Positions 24,836 to 35,093 of a stretch of 41,302 nucleotides of DNA are shown here, piece by piece. Each line of letters opens with the position of its first letter. Position 1 is the first letter of the stretch. The stretch spans positions 1 to 41,302 of IMG/VR virus record IMGVR_UViG_3300035562_000122; one strand, given 5' to 3'. The DNA is from a virus. Taxonomy: Duplodnaviria > Caudoviricetes. Below the pieces are notes generated by a model. That model was not told the origin of the DNA. It saw only the letters and a list, made by a program, of their open reading frames with translations, and searched no databases. A program made the translations under genes and the position numbers.

Positions 24836-25240
24836 ATGGTAACTCTCGAACAGGCGAAGGAGTATCTGGAGAGCCAGGGAATTACCATTCCCGATTTTGT
24901 TCTTCAGGCTCTCGTCGACCAGGCAAACAGCATTCAGGAGTGTCTCGATGCGCATTATCCGGCATCGACCGCGCTGCTGATTCAGCTCTATCTGCTGGCG
25001 CTTATGGGGCTCGGGCAGGGGGATAAATACATCTCAAGCCAGACGGCGCCAAGCGGGGCGTCTCACTCGTTCCGGTATCAATCTTTCACTGACCGCTGGA
25101 AAGCGTCAGTGAATCTGTTGCGCGGCCTGGATAAGTACGGCTGCGCTACCTCGCTGATTCCTGCCGACCCTACTGTCACCCCGGCATTCGCTGGTATCTG
25201 GATCGGTAAGGGTGGCTGTATGTGCGGGGGTAAGTCATGA
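24836..25240 (+). CDS. Head-tail adaptor (probable)
   Basis: MVTLEQAKEYL start typical of gp6/gp15-like connectors; position. Confidence 0.65.
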   Translation: MVTLEQAKEYLESQGITIPDFVLQALVDQANSIQECLDAHYPASTALLIQLYLLALMGLGQGDKYISSQTAPSGASHSFRYQSFTDRWKASVNLLRGLDKYGCATSLIPADPTVTPAFAGIWIGKGGCMCGGKS

Positions 25241-25407
25241 CGTACAAATCAGTTAAGCACGGTCTCCCGCGCTCTTTCACCCGCGTCTGGGTAATGACCG
25301 ACACCGGGCGCGAGACTACCGGCTACGTTAAATCGGACGGTGAGTGGTTCATTAACTGCGAGCGCATCCGGGCGACTGGCGCGAAGGTGCTGAGATGGAA
25401 AGAATGA
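25237..25407 (+). CDS. Small hypothetical protein (56 aa)
   Basis: Manual translation MTYKSVKHGLPRSFTRVWVMTDTGRETTGYVKSDGEWFINCERIRATGAKVLRWKE; ATGA overlaps. Confidence 0.7.
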   Translation: MTYKSVKHGLPRSFTRVWVMTDTGRETTGYVKSDGEWFINCERIRATGAKVLRWKE

Positions 25408-25559
25408 AGCGGGGCGGGTTACTGCAAAACAGCCGGCATTATCGTGTTGGCGAAGTCGTCATGGACTCAGTCATCCCAGCAAATGCACTTAAGCGCGGCG
25501 AGAAACTTAAAGACCAGGGCGGAAACGTGACGGTTGTGCTGCGCTGGAGGGAGGGATGA
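25404..25559 (+). CDS. Small hypothetical protein (51 aa)
   Basis: Manual translation MKRGGLLQNSRHYRVGEVVMDSVIPANALKRGEKLKDQGGNVTVVLRWREG; ATGA overlaps on both sides. Confidence 0.5.
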   Translation: MKRGGLLQNSRHYRVGEVVMDSVIPANALKRGEKLKDQGGNVTVVLRWREG

Positions 25560-25909
25560 TGTCATCGGTAGCTAACTGGTCATACACCGCCACGGCGACC
25601 ATCTGGCGCAAGCTGGAAGGAAATGACGAATACGGCGACCCGATGGGCTATGCCGAACCTGAGCAAATCCTCTGTGATTACGAGGGCGGACTCAGCAAGA
25701 AGTTAGCCACCTTGGGCGCTGAAATCGTCGTGAAGAACACCGTCTGGACCGAGTTCGCGCTGGCGGCTGCCGGTGATTATCTGCTTATTGGTGCGTCGAC
25801 CGAACCCGACCCGGTTGTAGCCGGTGCCGACGAGGTGCGACAGGTTATCCGCTATGCCGACACGTTCGAGCGCCTGGCGGATGATTACGCCATCCTGACG
25901 GGAGCGTAG
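25556..25909 (+). CDS. Head closure protein (probable)
   Basis: DEYGDP motif; neck-gene position. Confidence 0.65.
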   Translation: MMSSVANWSYTATATIWRKLEGNDEYGDPMGYAEPEQILCDYEGGLSKKLATLGAEIVVKNTVWTEFALAAAGDYLLIGASTEPDPVVAGADEVRQVIRYADTFERLADDYAILTGA

Positions 25910-25911
25910 TC

Positions 25912-26376
25912 ATGGGCATAAAAGTTAAAGGCATCAGCCAAGCCAAGAAGCATCTTAACGACACCATCAACGACGCTAAGGGGCGCAAGGTAATCCGCGC
26001 GCTGCAGTCGGCGATGATTCTTATCGGTACTCGAGCGGCCTATTACACCCCGATCGACACCTCAACTCTGATTAACAGCCAGTTTCGTGAAATCGACGCT
26101 GGCGGGGTGTTCATTACTGGGCGCATCGGCTACTCAGCAAACTATGCCGCGTACGTGCATGAAGCGTCTGGCAAGCTGAAAGGTCAGCCACGAGCTCACT
26201 TTGGTGTCACCAGTAACCGCTCTGAGTTCGGACCGCAGAAACCGAAAGAGTTCGGTGGCGGAACCGGAAAGGGCAACTACTGGGATCCGCATGGTGAGCC
26301 GCAATTCCTGACCAAAGGAGCAAATGATGAACGCGATAACGTTGATGCGGTGATGCGCAAGGAGCTTTCGCTATGA
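25912..26376 (+). CDS. HK97 gp10-like tail completion protein
   Basis: TPIDTSTLINS, YAAYVHE and PQFL motifs. Confidence 0.75.
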   Translation: MGIKVKGISQAKKHLNDTINDAKGRKVIRALQSAMILIGTRAAYYTPIDTSTLINSQFREIDAGGVFITGRIGYSANYAAYVHEASGKLKGQPRAHFGVTSNRSEFGPQKPKEFGGGTGKGNYWDPHGEPQFLTKGANDERDNVDAVMRKELSL

Positions 26377-26756
26377 CACCCATGATGCATGAGCGGGTGC
26401 GAAACATGTTCGGCGACGCCGGGCTGACGACCGGCTTTACGGTGCAGCAGCTGATGTACGACGACCCGGGCGACCTGTCGAAGGCGATAATGGTATTCAG
26501 GCCAAACGGCGGGTCAAATATTCGGGCTGACCTCGGCTCTGAATATCACGTCCTGGTCGACGTCGTCGGTGCGAAGGACAAGCGCAAAGACGCGATCAAC
26601 GCCGTGCAGCGCATCGTCGATTACGTCAAGGTCAACCCCATGGCTGACGAGTGTGTCGGCTACATACAGAACATGGGCGCAATCCCCGCGCCGGTGCTCA
26701 CAGAAGAAGGGCGAATAGTCTTCCGACTTCAGTTCGCCTGCACTTACGGCGAATAG
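26373..26756 (+). CDS. Tail terminator (probable)
   Basis: 127 aa immediately before the tail tube gene. Confidence 0.65.
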   Translation: MTPMMHERVRNMFGDAGLTTGFTVQQLMYDDPGDLSKAIMVFRPNGGSNIRADLGSEYHVLVDVVGAKDKRKDAINAVQRIVDYVKVNPMADECVGYIQNMGAIPAPVLTEEGRIVFRLQFACTYGE

Positions 26757-26771
26757 CCATCCCAACCAAAT

Positions 26772-26798
26772 AACCCGCTTCGGCGGGTTTTCTTTTTT
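26772..26798 (+). terminator. Intrinsic terminator-like hairpin before the tail tube gene
   Basis: AACCCGC-TTCG-GCGGGTT followed by TTCTTTTTT. Confidence 0.7.
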
Positions 26799-26821
26799 AC
26801 ACATCAAAGAGGAAGTTTCTC

Positions 26822-27565
26822 ATGGGGAATTGCCCAAGCTCTAATGAGCGTCTATTCGGCGGTGCAGTCGTGCTGGAAGTCGCCGATGGCTGCCCGGACG
26901 CTAAGCCGCAGGAAGCAGACTGGAAAGCGCTTGCTGCTGGTACGTCGAAAGGGTTCGACTTCAACCCGAATACAGTTACCTCTGATGCAGATGATGGCGG
27001 CGGTTATGTCGAGACCATCATCACCAACAGTGATCTCACCTTCAGTTTTGAAGGTGAAGTGCGCAAAAAAGATAAGCTGGATCAGTACGGCGTCGGCAAG
27101 TTCATTACGTATTTTTCTGGTGAGTTGAAGGCTAAGCGTCAGACTGGTATCTGGGTACGAATGGAATATGGTCCAGTCGAATTTATCGGCTACATGAACA
27201 TCACTGCACTGAGCTCTGATGGCGGAACAAACGACATCGTCACGTTCTCTACTGAGTTCAAAGTCGGTGATGCCAGCACCATCGAGGTGAACGAGATCAG
27301 CGAAGTTGCAGTGACTGGCGTGACGGTAACCCCGACAACTAGCACCGGCACGGCGGGCGGTACCAGCACCTTCACGGTGAATATCGCACCAACCGGCGCA
27401 ACGAACAAAGGCTTCACTGTAGCGACTACCGATGCGACCAAAGCAACGGCTACCGCCTCCGGCAGCACCGTCACCGTGACACGTGTCGCCACCGGAAGCG
27501 CGCAAATCATCATCAACACCGAAGACGGCAACTTTGTGGCCGTACATACGGTTACCGTTACTTAA
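26822..27565 (+). CDS. Major tail (tube) protein with C-terminal Ig-like (Big_2) domain
   Basis: Tube domain then VAVTGVTVTP...PTGATNK...G.A.I...TEDGNF Ig signature. Confidence 0.85.
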   Translation: MGNCPSSNERLFGGAVVLEVADGCPDAKPQEADWKALAAGTSKGFDFNPNTVTSDADDGGGYVETIITNSDLTFSFEGEVRKKDKLDQYGVGKFITYFSGELKAKRQTGIWVRMEYGPVEFIGYMNITALSSDGGTNDIVTFSTEFKVGDASTIEVNEISEVAVTGVTVTPTTSTGTAGGTSTFTVNIAPTGATNKGFTVATTDATKATATASGSTVTVTRVATGSAQIIINTEDGNFVAVHTVTVT

Positions 27566-27622
27566 CGGATATTACAAAGGGTGGCGTGCTGCCCTTGATA
27601 ATGACCGTTTAATGGAAGGCCT

Positions 27623-28294
27623 ATGACTGCTTTAACCGATATTGGCGAACTATCTGTCAGTGACAGCCGCGAAGGCGGGAAAGACTATCTGCTCAGGCCT
27701 TCATTCAAGGCTATGACGCGGATCGGCACCCCGGAAGAGATTGTTCAGGCCTATGCCACTATCCACGGTAATGATGTATCTAAGCTCATTGAGGTGTGCT
27801 CTGTCACGCTTGGGCGTTTTCCTGAGTGGTTATCCCCTTCATTCAATCGCGCTGCTGAGAAGTTGTTATCAACGTGCATGCTGGTAATGCAGGCGTGTTG
27901 TGAAGACGACCTGTCGCCGATGATCGGCGAATGGAAAGGGTGGCGGCATTGCGTCGTATACCGTCCTGGACAGATGCCGAAAAACGACATCATTGTGCTG
28001 GCGCAGCACCTCATGCAGCACGGTGTTGTAGGGAAAGCAAAAGTTCGCCAGTTACAGCGCCACGAGAACACCGAACGTACGACTGGGTTTAAGGCTTTCG
28101 ACTATATCAGCGCAGCGCGCAGTCACTTTGACATGAACCGTACCGAAGCCTCGCAGTTGACGATGACCGAATTTCAGATGCTTTTGGCAGCGAAATACCC
28201 TGACCAGAAAGGCTTCACACGCGAAGAATACGACAGTATCGCAGACGAATACCTGGCGAAGCAGGCAGCGCGCAGGGCAAAAGCAAAGCAATAA
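27623..28294 (+). CDS. Tail assembly chaperone (probable)
   Basis: Lies between the tube and tape measure genes; LTMTEF motif. Confidence 0.65.
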   Translation: MTALTDIGELSVSDSREGGKDYLLRPSFKAMTRIGTPEEIVQAYATIHGNDVSKLIEVCSVTLGRFPEWLSPSFNRAAEKLLSTCMLVMQACCEDDLSPMIGEWKGWRHCVVYRPGQMPKNDIIVLAQHLMQHGVVGKAKVRQLQRHENTERTTGFKAFDYISAARSHFDMNRTEASQLTMTEFQMLLAAKYPDQKGFTREEYDSIADEYLAKQAARRAKAKQ

Positions 28295-28306
28295 CCGGAG
28301 AATGAC

Positions 28307-31246
28307 ATGGCAGGTGAGAAGAACGCCGGTAGCATCGTTTATGAAATCAGCGCCGACGTTGAGCCGCTGCTGCAGGGCGGGAAACAGGCCATTGACGCTC
28401 TGGATAAACTGGATGCTGCGGCCCAGCAGTCCGGCAAGGGGATGGATAACCTAGACCAGAGTACGTCCCAAACTGGATCCGCATTTACTGAACTGGCTGG
28501 TTATGCCAATTCCATGGACAACCAACTGCGCAAACTGAACACCAACGTGAGCGGTATTGCTCGCGCAATGGAAGAGGCCCGCAGCGGTACCGGCGGCGCT
28601 AGCAGTGAATTCAGCCGTGCCGAATCCATCATCGAGGCGCTGGGTAACCAACTGGCTGTGCTGGACGAAGCGCAGGAGAATGGCGCACGCAGTGCTGCTG
28701 TTCTTGCAGCGCAGTTGCGTGCCGGATCGAAAGCGACAGACGAAGAAAAGCAGAAGATCGGCGAATTGACCGGTCGACTCTTCGATATGAAAGGTGCTGC
28801 AGACACTTCGATGGGCAGCAATAAAGGCTGGAAGTCCAGCATGCAGCAGGCCGGGTATCAGGTTCAGGACTTCATAGTGCAGGTGCAGGGTGGTCAGTCC
28901 GCGCTGGTCGCGTTCGCTCAGCAGGGATCGCAACTTGCTGGCGCATTCGGGCCTGGCGGCGCTGTTTTCGGCGCCATAATCGCGCTTGGTTCAGTTCTGG
29001 CTGGTGTGCTGATCACTTCGCTTAATGGCGGTAAGAACGCCATGGATGCGCTGAAAGACGCAGCAGAGGCAATGGATAAGGTCGTCAACGTCTCTATCAA
29101 TGGCGTAGCTGCACTGTCAGACAAGTATGCCTTTCTCGCAAAAACCAATGCTGAAGTCGCTACGCTGATGCGTAACCAGGCGCTGCTGGAGTATAACCAG
29201 GCGATTGCTAAGATTCCAAAAGCCATTAGCGATGCATCGAATTCATTCATTTCGTTTGGTGATAAAGCGTTATCTGCATTCTCTGGGGGTTATGCTTCAG
29301 TTCAGGGGTTCAATGATCGCCTTGCAGCACTTGATATCACAACAAGTAATTACTCAGAGGCGCTGAAGCAGATAAGCTCTGCTGGTATGGAGTGGAACGC
29401 CACAGGAATGAGCATTGCCAACACAGTTGGCGCGTTAGCCTCTAAATTTGGCATTAGCGATCAGGCTGCTTTTGAGTTATCAAAGCAATTGTCTGACCTC
29501 AGCAAGAACCCTTCACCGCAAGCTTTACAGGATCTGGCGCTTAAATTGCAGAACCTTAAGCCAGCATCAAGTGATGGGCAGGCAGCAATAAACGCATTGC
29601 TTGGCCCTATCATTGAGCTCGCCAGAGAGGCTGCAAACGCTTCATTTAATGTCGATAGCCTTAAACGTTCGACCGATAATCTTACCGCTGGGCAGAAGAA
29701 CCTCATCAAGCAGTCCGAGCGTAGCCTGGCGCTGTCGAAGTTACAGGGTGAGGCACGCGCACGGCTGCAGGCGCAATACGCTGCCGAAGATGCCGGATTT
29801 GCGAAGGATGATCCGCACGCCAAGCAGATGGAAGATGACGCTGCCGCTACGTACAAAAATACGCAGGCGCAGAAGGCACTTCAGTCCGAGCATAAGAAGG
29901 GCGCTTCACAGGCTGATTCCGTTGCTCAGAAATTGGCGAACCTGAAACAGCAGTCAGAACTTGCCGCCGACTCAACTAACAAGTTGAGCCGTGAGCAGGC
30001 GATTCTGAATGCTCAGCAGTCTCTGGGAAAAGGTGCCACGAAAGAGCAGATCGCGTTGGCTGGCCAGTATGCCGCAACAAAATGGGATACGGCAAACGCC
30101 ATTAAAGCTCAAGCAGCAGCGGAGAAACTTCTTCCTGAGGCACGTGAAAATGCCAGTTACAAGCAGGATGTCGAAGATCTGGATACAGCACTGGCTACGA
30201 AGAAAATCAGCCAGGAACAGTACAATCAGACAGCTGAGCGACTGGAAGCAACCCACCAGGCAAATCTGGCAAAAATACGCTCACAGCAGGCCGTTACACC
30301 ACAGCAGGATGCGGTTGGTGCTGTTGACCCTGTGCAGCAACTGGCAAACGAAAATGCCAGGAAGCTTGCGCTCATCAATGCATTTGAACAGCAAGGCCTG
30401 ATTGTACACCAGGATGCGTTAGCACTACGCAAAGCCGCTGATGCTGAGTACGACCAGCAGCGCACCGCGGCCATGTGGGAGATGTGGAAAAACCAGAACA
30501 TTGGTAACCAGGTGCTTGCAAATGGCTTTGATTCGCTGGCTGGTAATGCCTCAAACGCTTTTACCGGTATTGTCACTGGAAGCATGTCTGCTCAGGAGGC
30601 CATGTATTCCCTTGCCAGTAATGCGCTTAACAGCCTGATCAACGGATTTGTTCAGATGGGTGTTGAGTGGGTGAAATCTGCTATTACCGGTAGTGCAGCT
30701 CAGGTTGCTGCTACGACCGCAACGACATCTGCAGCGGTAGCAGGGACAGCGACAACCACGGCTGCCAGCGTATCTTCTGCTGCCGCAACAACAGCAGCAT
30801 GGACGCCGGCGGCCATCGTCGCGTCTATCGGCTCGTTTGGTGGGGCGGCGGCCATCGGTATTGGTGCGGTCATAACTGCAATGGCAATGGCTGGAGGTAT
30901 TGCTGGTAAACGCAAGAACGGCGGACCGGTTTCAGCCGGTTCGATGTACCAGGTAGGTGAGGGTGGAATGCCTGAAATTTACCAGGCATCGAATGGTAGC
31001 CAGTACATGATCCCCGGGGACAACGGGAAGGTCATCAGCAACAAAGACCTGAATAGTGGGTCTGCAGGAGGTGGTGTGGTTGTGAATATCAATAACTACA
31101 CCGGCGCCACAGTTGATGCCCAGGCAACGCCTGACGGAAAAGGTGGCTGGTCTGTCGATGCGTTTATCTATGACATGGATAATGGCGGTCTCGCAAGTCA
31201 GGCAATACAGAGAAACTTCACCGCACCGCGCAAGGCAAGGAGCTAA
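28307..31246 (+). CDS. Tail tape measure protein
   Basis: 979-aa Ala/Gln-rich helical protein; GYQVQDFIVQVQGGQ..QQGSQL and GGPV..G..YQVGEGG.PE motifs. Confidence 0.92.
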   Translation: MAGEKNAGSIVYEISADVEPLLQGGKQAIDALDKLDAAAQQSGKGMDNLDQSTSQTGSAFTELAGYANSMDNQLRKLNTNVSGIARAMEEARSGTGGASSEFSRAESIIEALGNQLAVLDEAQENGARSAAVLAAQLRAGSKATDEEKQKIGELTGRLFDMKGAADTSMGSNKGWKSSMQQAGYQVQDFIVQVQGGQSALVAFAQQGSQLAGAFGPGGAVFGAIIALGSVLAGVLITSLNGGKNAMDALKDAAEAMDKVVNVSINGVAALSDKYAFLAKTNAEVATLMRNQALLEYNQAIAKIPKAISDASNSFISFGDKALSAFSGGYASVQGFNDRLAALDITTSNYSEALKQISSAGMEWNATGMSIANTVGALASKFGISDQAAFELSKQLSDLSKNPSPQALQDLALKLQNLKPASSDGQAAINALLGPIIELAREAANASFNVDSLKRSTDNLTAGQKNLIKQSERSLALSKLQGEARARLQAQYAAEDAGFAKDDPHAKQMEDDAAATYKNTQAQKALQSEHKKGASQADSVAQKLANLKQQSELAADSTNKLSREQAILNAQQSLGKGATKEQIALAGQYAATKWDTANAIKAQAAAEKLLPEARENASYKQDVEDLDTALATKKISQEQYNQTAERLEATHQANLAKIRSQQAVTPQQDAVGAVDPVQQLANENARKLALINAFEQQGLIVHQDALALRKAADAEYDQQRTAAMWEMWKNQNIGNQVLANGFDSLAGNASNAFTGIVTGSMSAQEAMYSLASNALNSLINGFVQMGVEWVKSAITGSAAQVAATTATTSAAVAGTATTTAASVSSAAATTAAWTPAAIVASIGSFGGAAAIGIGAVITAMAMAGGIAGKRKNGGPVSAGSMYQVGEGGMPEIYQASNGSQYMIPGDNGKVISNKDLNSGSAGGGVVVNINNYTGATVDAQATPDGKGGWSVDAFIYDMDNGGLASQAIQRNFTAPRKARS

Positions 31247-31248
31247 TA

Positions 31249-31746
31249 ATGGCGATCCCATATCCTGACTGGCTCCCGCTGGCGCAAAAAGGAAAAACAC
31301 CGGCCACCGATACCGGGTTCAGGACCGACCAGCCGACGGTCGGCGCGCCGATATTCCAGAAACTCACTGACGACCTGAAGACGACGTTCTCGCTGACGTG
31401 GATTTTCAAAACCAGAGACCAACACCGGGCCTTCATGCAATGGGTGCGCAGCCCCAACTATCTCGACAACTGCAACCAGTGGTTCACGATGCCTCTTGGC
31501 ACCGGGACCGGCGACACCGGAATTGAGATACAGGAGCTGCACTTCCTTTCGTGGCCGACCTGGTCGCAGTCCGGGTCAGTGTTCACCTGGAGCGGTGACG
31601 TTGTTGCGCGGAAACTGGTTAACTCTGATGACGACTACGACGACATCATTATCGAGCTTCCGCCGCCGTGGGCGTCATGGCTGGATATCATCGTGACCGG
31701 CTACCCCGACGATCGGGATCCGGAAAGTTTGCCGAGGGTGCCATAA
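31249..31746 (+). CDS. Distal tail protein (probable)
   Basis: Follows the TMP; YPDWLPL and WFTMPL motifs. Confidence 0.65.
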   Translation: MAIPYPDWLPLAQKGKTPATDTGFRTDQPTVGAPIFQKLTDDLKTTFSLTWIFKTRDQHRAFMQWVRSPNYLDNCNQWFTMPLGTGTGDTGIEIQELHFLSWPTWSQSGSVFTWSGDVVARKLVNSDDDYDDIIIELPPPWASWLDIIVTGYPDDRDPESLPRVP

Positions 31747-32216
31747 TGCCAACGCTCAGAGAGTTTCAAAGTCAGCGACCGAACCGGATACTGTACGAAA
31801 CGATAACGTTCTACAGTCCGGTTTTTGGTTATGTGAGGCTGGTGAATAATCAAATCTTTCCGAAGACCCTCGGCGGCCAGGTGTACACGCCGTGCCGCAT
31901 GGAGCTTACGGAGAGCCAGCAGAGCAATACGCCGATCCTCGACAGCACCGTAAAGTTCAGCCGACTGGCGCAGGACTTCAAGCAAAAGCTGAAGCAGTGG
32001 AAGGCCTTCGACCGTATCACTCCCATATCTGCAACTTATCAGCAGTTCGATGCTGCGGATATGGGGACGGCGATTAAGTCGTGGACGCTGTATGTCAGCG
32101 ACTGCTCGATGGATGACAAGGACGTTACCTGTCCGCTCACCCGAATAAACCCGCTCAACCGCAACGTTGGGCGCCTGTATACCGTCGAAGAGTTCCCGGG
32201 GCTGCAGAATGTCTAA
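31746..32216 (+). CDS. Tail tip protein (DUF1833-like)
   Basis: Ends YTVEEFPGL; TAATG coupling. Confidence 0.7.
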   Translation: MPTLREFQSQRPNRILYETITFYSPVFGYVRLVNNQIFPKTLGGQVYTPCRMELTESQQSNTPILDSTVKFSRLAQDFKQKLKQWKAFDRITPISATYQQFDAADMGTAIKSWTLYVSDCSMDDKDVTCPLTRINPLNRNVGRLYTVEEFPGLQNV

Positions 32217-32628
32217 AGATGAGTTTGTGTCTCTTGTCACTGGCATTCCGTGGCGAAATCGGTCGTGTAGCTTCGAGGCGGCAGATTGCTGGGGGCTGGT
32301 GGTGCTTTACTACCGTCACGTTCTTGGCATCGAAATACACCAGTCCCCTGACTACGAGTGTGGCCACGACTTCCTGACCTGCTATGACGCTGATGTTGTC
32401 TTCTGGAAACGCTGCGACGTGTTTGCGGAGGACGGTATCTTCGTGGCGTGGGTGGGGAGTCAACCGGTTCACGTCGGGCTGATAGTTGGTGGTCGTGCGC
32501 TACACAGCCGCGGGGAAAACGGGCACGTCAGGCCTGACGCCATCAGAACAATTCAAAAGCTATTCACCAGAGTGGAGTTTTACCAGTATGCCGATTATCG
32601 AGATCCAGCGAGTTCCCGGGCTGCCTAA
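32209..32628 (+). CDS. NlpC/P60 tail assembly peptidase
   Basis: DCWGLV...HVG...LH catalytic motifs. Confidence 0.85.
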   Translation: MSKDEFVSLVTGIPWRNRSCSFEAADCWGLVVLYYRHVLGIEIHQSPDYECGHDFLTCYDADVVFWKRCDVFAEDGIFVAWVGSQPVHVGLIVGGRALHSRGENGHVRPDAIRTIQKLFTRVEFYQYADYRDPASSRAA

Positions 32629-35074
32629 GGACAGGGCTGTCGTAGAGGTCGGTAAGGTATTCTCTGACTGGCTGATGCAGGAGAGCCTGCACAAAGACGT
32701 CAGAATCAACGTGAACGGCAGAGAGCTTCAGCCGGATGATGAGCTGGCGTTCCATCTCCATGAGTCTGATCGGGTTATCATCTTCGACCAGCCAAAAGGC
32801 GGCGGCCTGATAGGGACCATCCTTAACCCACTCGAGCACCTCAACCCGATTAAGTTCACGCAGAAGGTTCTGTCCGGCCTGATGCCAAAGCCTAATGCCG
32901 GATCCGCTGCCGCCGGTAACAGCAAGACATCACCAAACAACAGCCTGAAAGGGCAGACGAACATCGCGCGTAACGGCGAAGCGAAGCCGGATAACTTTGG
33001 ACAGGTAAGGGCATTCCCGGACCTGATTCAGGAGTCGCTTTTTGAGTATGTTAGCAACCTGAAATACGTCACTGAGTTGATGTGCTTTGGCCTGGGTAAG
33101 TATGACGTCACGTCAGTTCGCTTTTCAGAGTCGAATCTCGGCTCTATGGCTGGCGCCAGCTACACGATTTATCAGCCTGGAGAAACTATCCCGACAATTC
33201 AGGAAGGGTACCAGTTTGATGACGTTGATGGCCAGGAGTTGCCGGGCCCGAACGAAAGCGATGATATCCCGGTTGAAACGGCGACCGCCAATACAGTAGT
33301 CAGTGGTAATTATGCTGGTGGCCAGGTATCGATGAAGATCGTCAAGCAGGCGGAGTTCGACTTCTTCAAAGACCTGCCGCGGCCGTCGCCGGTTAAATTC
33401 ATTATCAACATCACGTATTCGACGACTGAGGGGTCGGTTACTCAGGATGTGACTATCAGCGCCAACCTCATCAACTGCATAGAAAGTGACGACGGCGCGG
33501 TGATAAATCCGGTTCAATATTACGAGTTCATCTTTGATCAGCTAAATGGCCCGGGCGTCCCGATTGATACCGCAACGATAAACACGACCAAATTTATCCT
33601 GATGCAGAACTCTGGCGTTACCGTCGGGCCGTTCTTCTCTCCGCTACCTGCGGAGCAGTTATGGATACACACGCAGTCCAGGCTTGGTCCGGAGGATTAC
33701 ACCGACTGGAAGGTGGTTATCTGGAAAGTTGACGATGATAACAATCAGATCCCCGGTACGCAGCAGGAGTTCGTCTACCACGTCCAGAACCCACGAGATG
33801 ACCTGTCAGATACTTTTTACCAGACGGATAAAATCATTCCGGCGGCCGGGGTTGGCCGGTACTCCATTTCCCTTACCAGGACAAACAATAGTCACGACAG
33901 AAGTGTGCTGCAGCTGGAAGAGATTCATTCGGTGAACATCCGTAATAACGTCGTGTATCCGGATGATACGCTCGTAACCGTAAAGCTGATGGCCACCGAG
34001 AACGCGACCAGTGGGCGGGAGCGCAAGTATAACGCGCTTATCACCCGGCACGTTATCAGCTACGACGTCGTGACGCAGCAGGTTGATTACACCATCAGGC
34101 CATCACGTAAGTTTGCAGATATCGCGCTGCACAACTGGCTGGTTGTCGGTAATCAAGGTGAAAGTAGCATCGATATTTATGGCCTGTATCAGATCCAGGC
34201 TGAGCTCGACGCTATCGACCCGCGCCTGGGTTACTTCGACTATACCTTCGACGATGAGGATATTTCTCTGGGGTCACGCATGGAGTCCATTTGCGATGCG
34301 GCCAGCGTATCGGTTTACGATGATAATGGCGTTCTGTCATTCACTCGTGACAGCAAAAAGACGTCGCCGGCCACCATCTTCAACCGGTCTAACACGAAGC
34401 CTGACGGATATTCACTGTCTTACGACATGACGCTTCCAGGTGGCTTTGACGGGGTGGAGGTCCAGTATCGTAACCCGGACACCAACAAGCAGGACTACGT
34501 GCGATACCGGGTGGATGGAAACAGCATTGTAGAAGGCCAGCCGACAAAGGCGAAAAAGTTCGAACTGCTGTATATCAGGAACCGCTTCCAGGCGAATGAG
34601 CGCGCCTTGCGTGAGTGTCGACGGCTTATCTACTCCCGCATGACGATGTCTGTCACAGCGCTTGCTGACGGCGAATGGGTGAATATCGGGGATATGGTCC
34701 AGGTGCCGGATACCTACGACACCAACCAGCAGGCTGGCTATATCGTGGCGCGCACTGGCAATGACTTTGAAACCAGCGAGAGGATCACCTTCTCTGGTTC
34801 GATGTTCGTTCAGATAACCGACTCGATGGGGGCGACTACGGCGCGCTATCCAGCGTCACCGCGCGCAGACACGCCGTTCGGATTCACTGCAACAATACCT
34901 GCTATCGCTCTCAACTTTTATGACGGCGTCGACGTTCAGTCACCTTCACGGTACGCAATTGCTACCTCAGAGGAGCTGGACGCCGGGCGATGGACTGTCA
35001 CCGCCAAGCAACCAGATGGAAAGGGCAGTACCGCACTAACTCTCGCTGAATACAGCGACAAGATCTACGAATAA
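32588..35074 (+). CDS. Central tail hub / host-specificity J-like protein
   Basis: Large tail-tip protein with an N-terminal ubiquitin-like region, NIARNGEAKPDNFGQVRAFPDL and IGDMVQVPD. Confidence 0.8.
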   Translation: MPIIEIQRVPGLPKDRAVVEVGKVFSDWLMQESLHKDVRINVNGRELQPDDELAFHLHESDRVIIFDQPKGGGLIGTILNPLEHLNPIKFTQKVLSGLMPKPNAGSAAAGNSKTSPNNSLKGQTNIARNGEAKPDNFGQVRAFPDLIQESLFEYVSNLKYVTELMCFGLGKYDVTSVRFSESNLGSMAGASYTIYQPGETIPTIQEGYQFDDVDGQELPGPNESDDIPVETATANTVVSGNYAGGQVSMKIVKQAEFDFFKDLPRPSPVKFIINITYSTTEGSVTQDVTISANLINCIESDDGAVINPVQYYEFIFDQLNGPGVPIDTATINTTKFILMQNSGVTVGPFFSPLPAEQLWIHTQSRLGPEDYTDWKVVIWKVDDDNNQIPGTQQEFVYHVQNPRDDLSDTFYQTDKIIPAAGVGRYSISLTRTNNSHDRSVLQLEEIHSVNIRNNVVYPDDTLVTVKLMATENATSGRERKYNALITRHVISYDVVTQQVDYTIRPSRKFADIALHNWLVVGNQGESSIDIYGLYQIQAELDAIDPRLGYFDYTFDDEDISLGSRMESICDAASVSVYDDNGVLSFTRDSKKTSPATIFNRSNTKPDGYSLSYDMTLPGGFDGVEVQYRNPDTNKQDYVRYRVDGNSIVEGQPTKAKKFELLYIRNRFQANERALRECRRLIYSRMTMSVTALADGEWVNIGDMVQVPDTYDTNQQAGYIVARTGNDFETSERITFSGSMFVQITDSMGATTARYPASPRADTPFGFTATIPAIALNFYDGVDVQSPSRYAIATSEELDAGRWTVTAKQPDGKGSTALTLAEYSDKIYE

Positions 35075-35093
35075 AACACCTCCTTCACAGCAC

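Noticed and set aside
27623-28294. Programmed -1 frameshift (G/GT type) in the tail chaperone
   Set aside because: A single ORF runs to 12 nt before the TMP, leaving no second frame to shift into.
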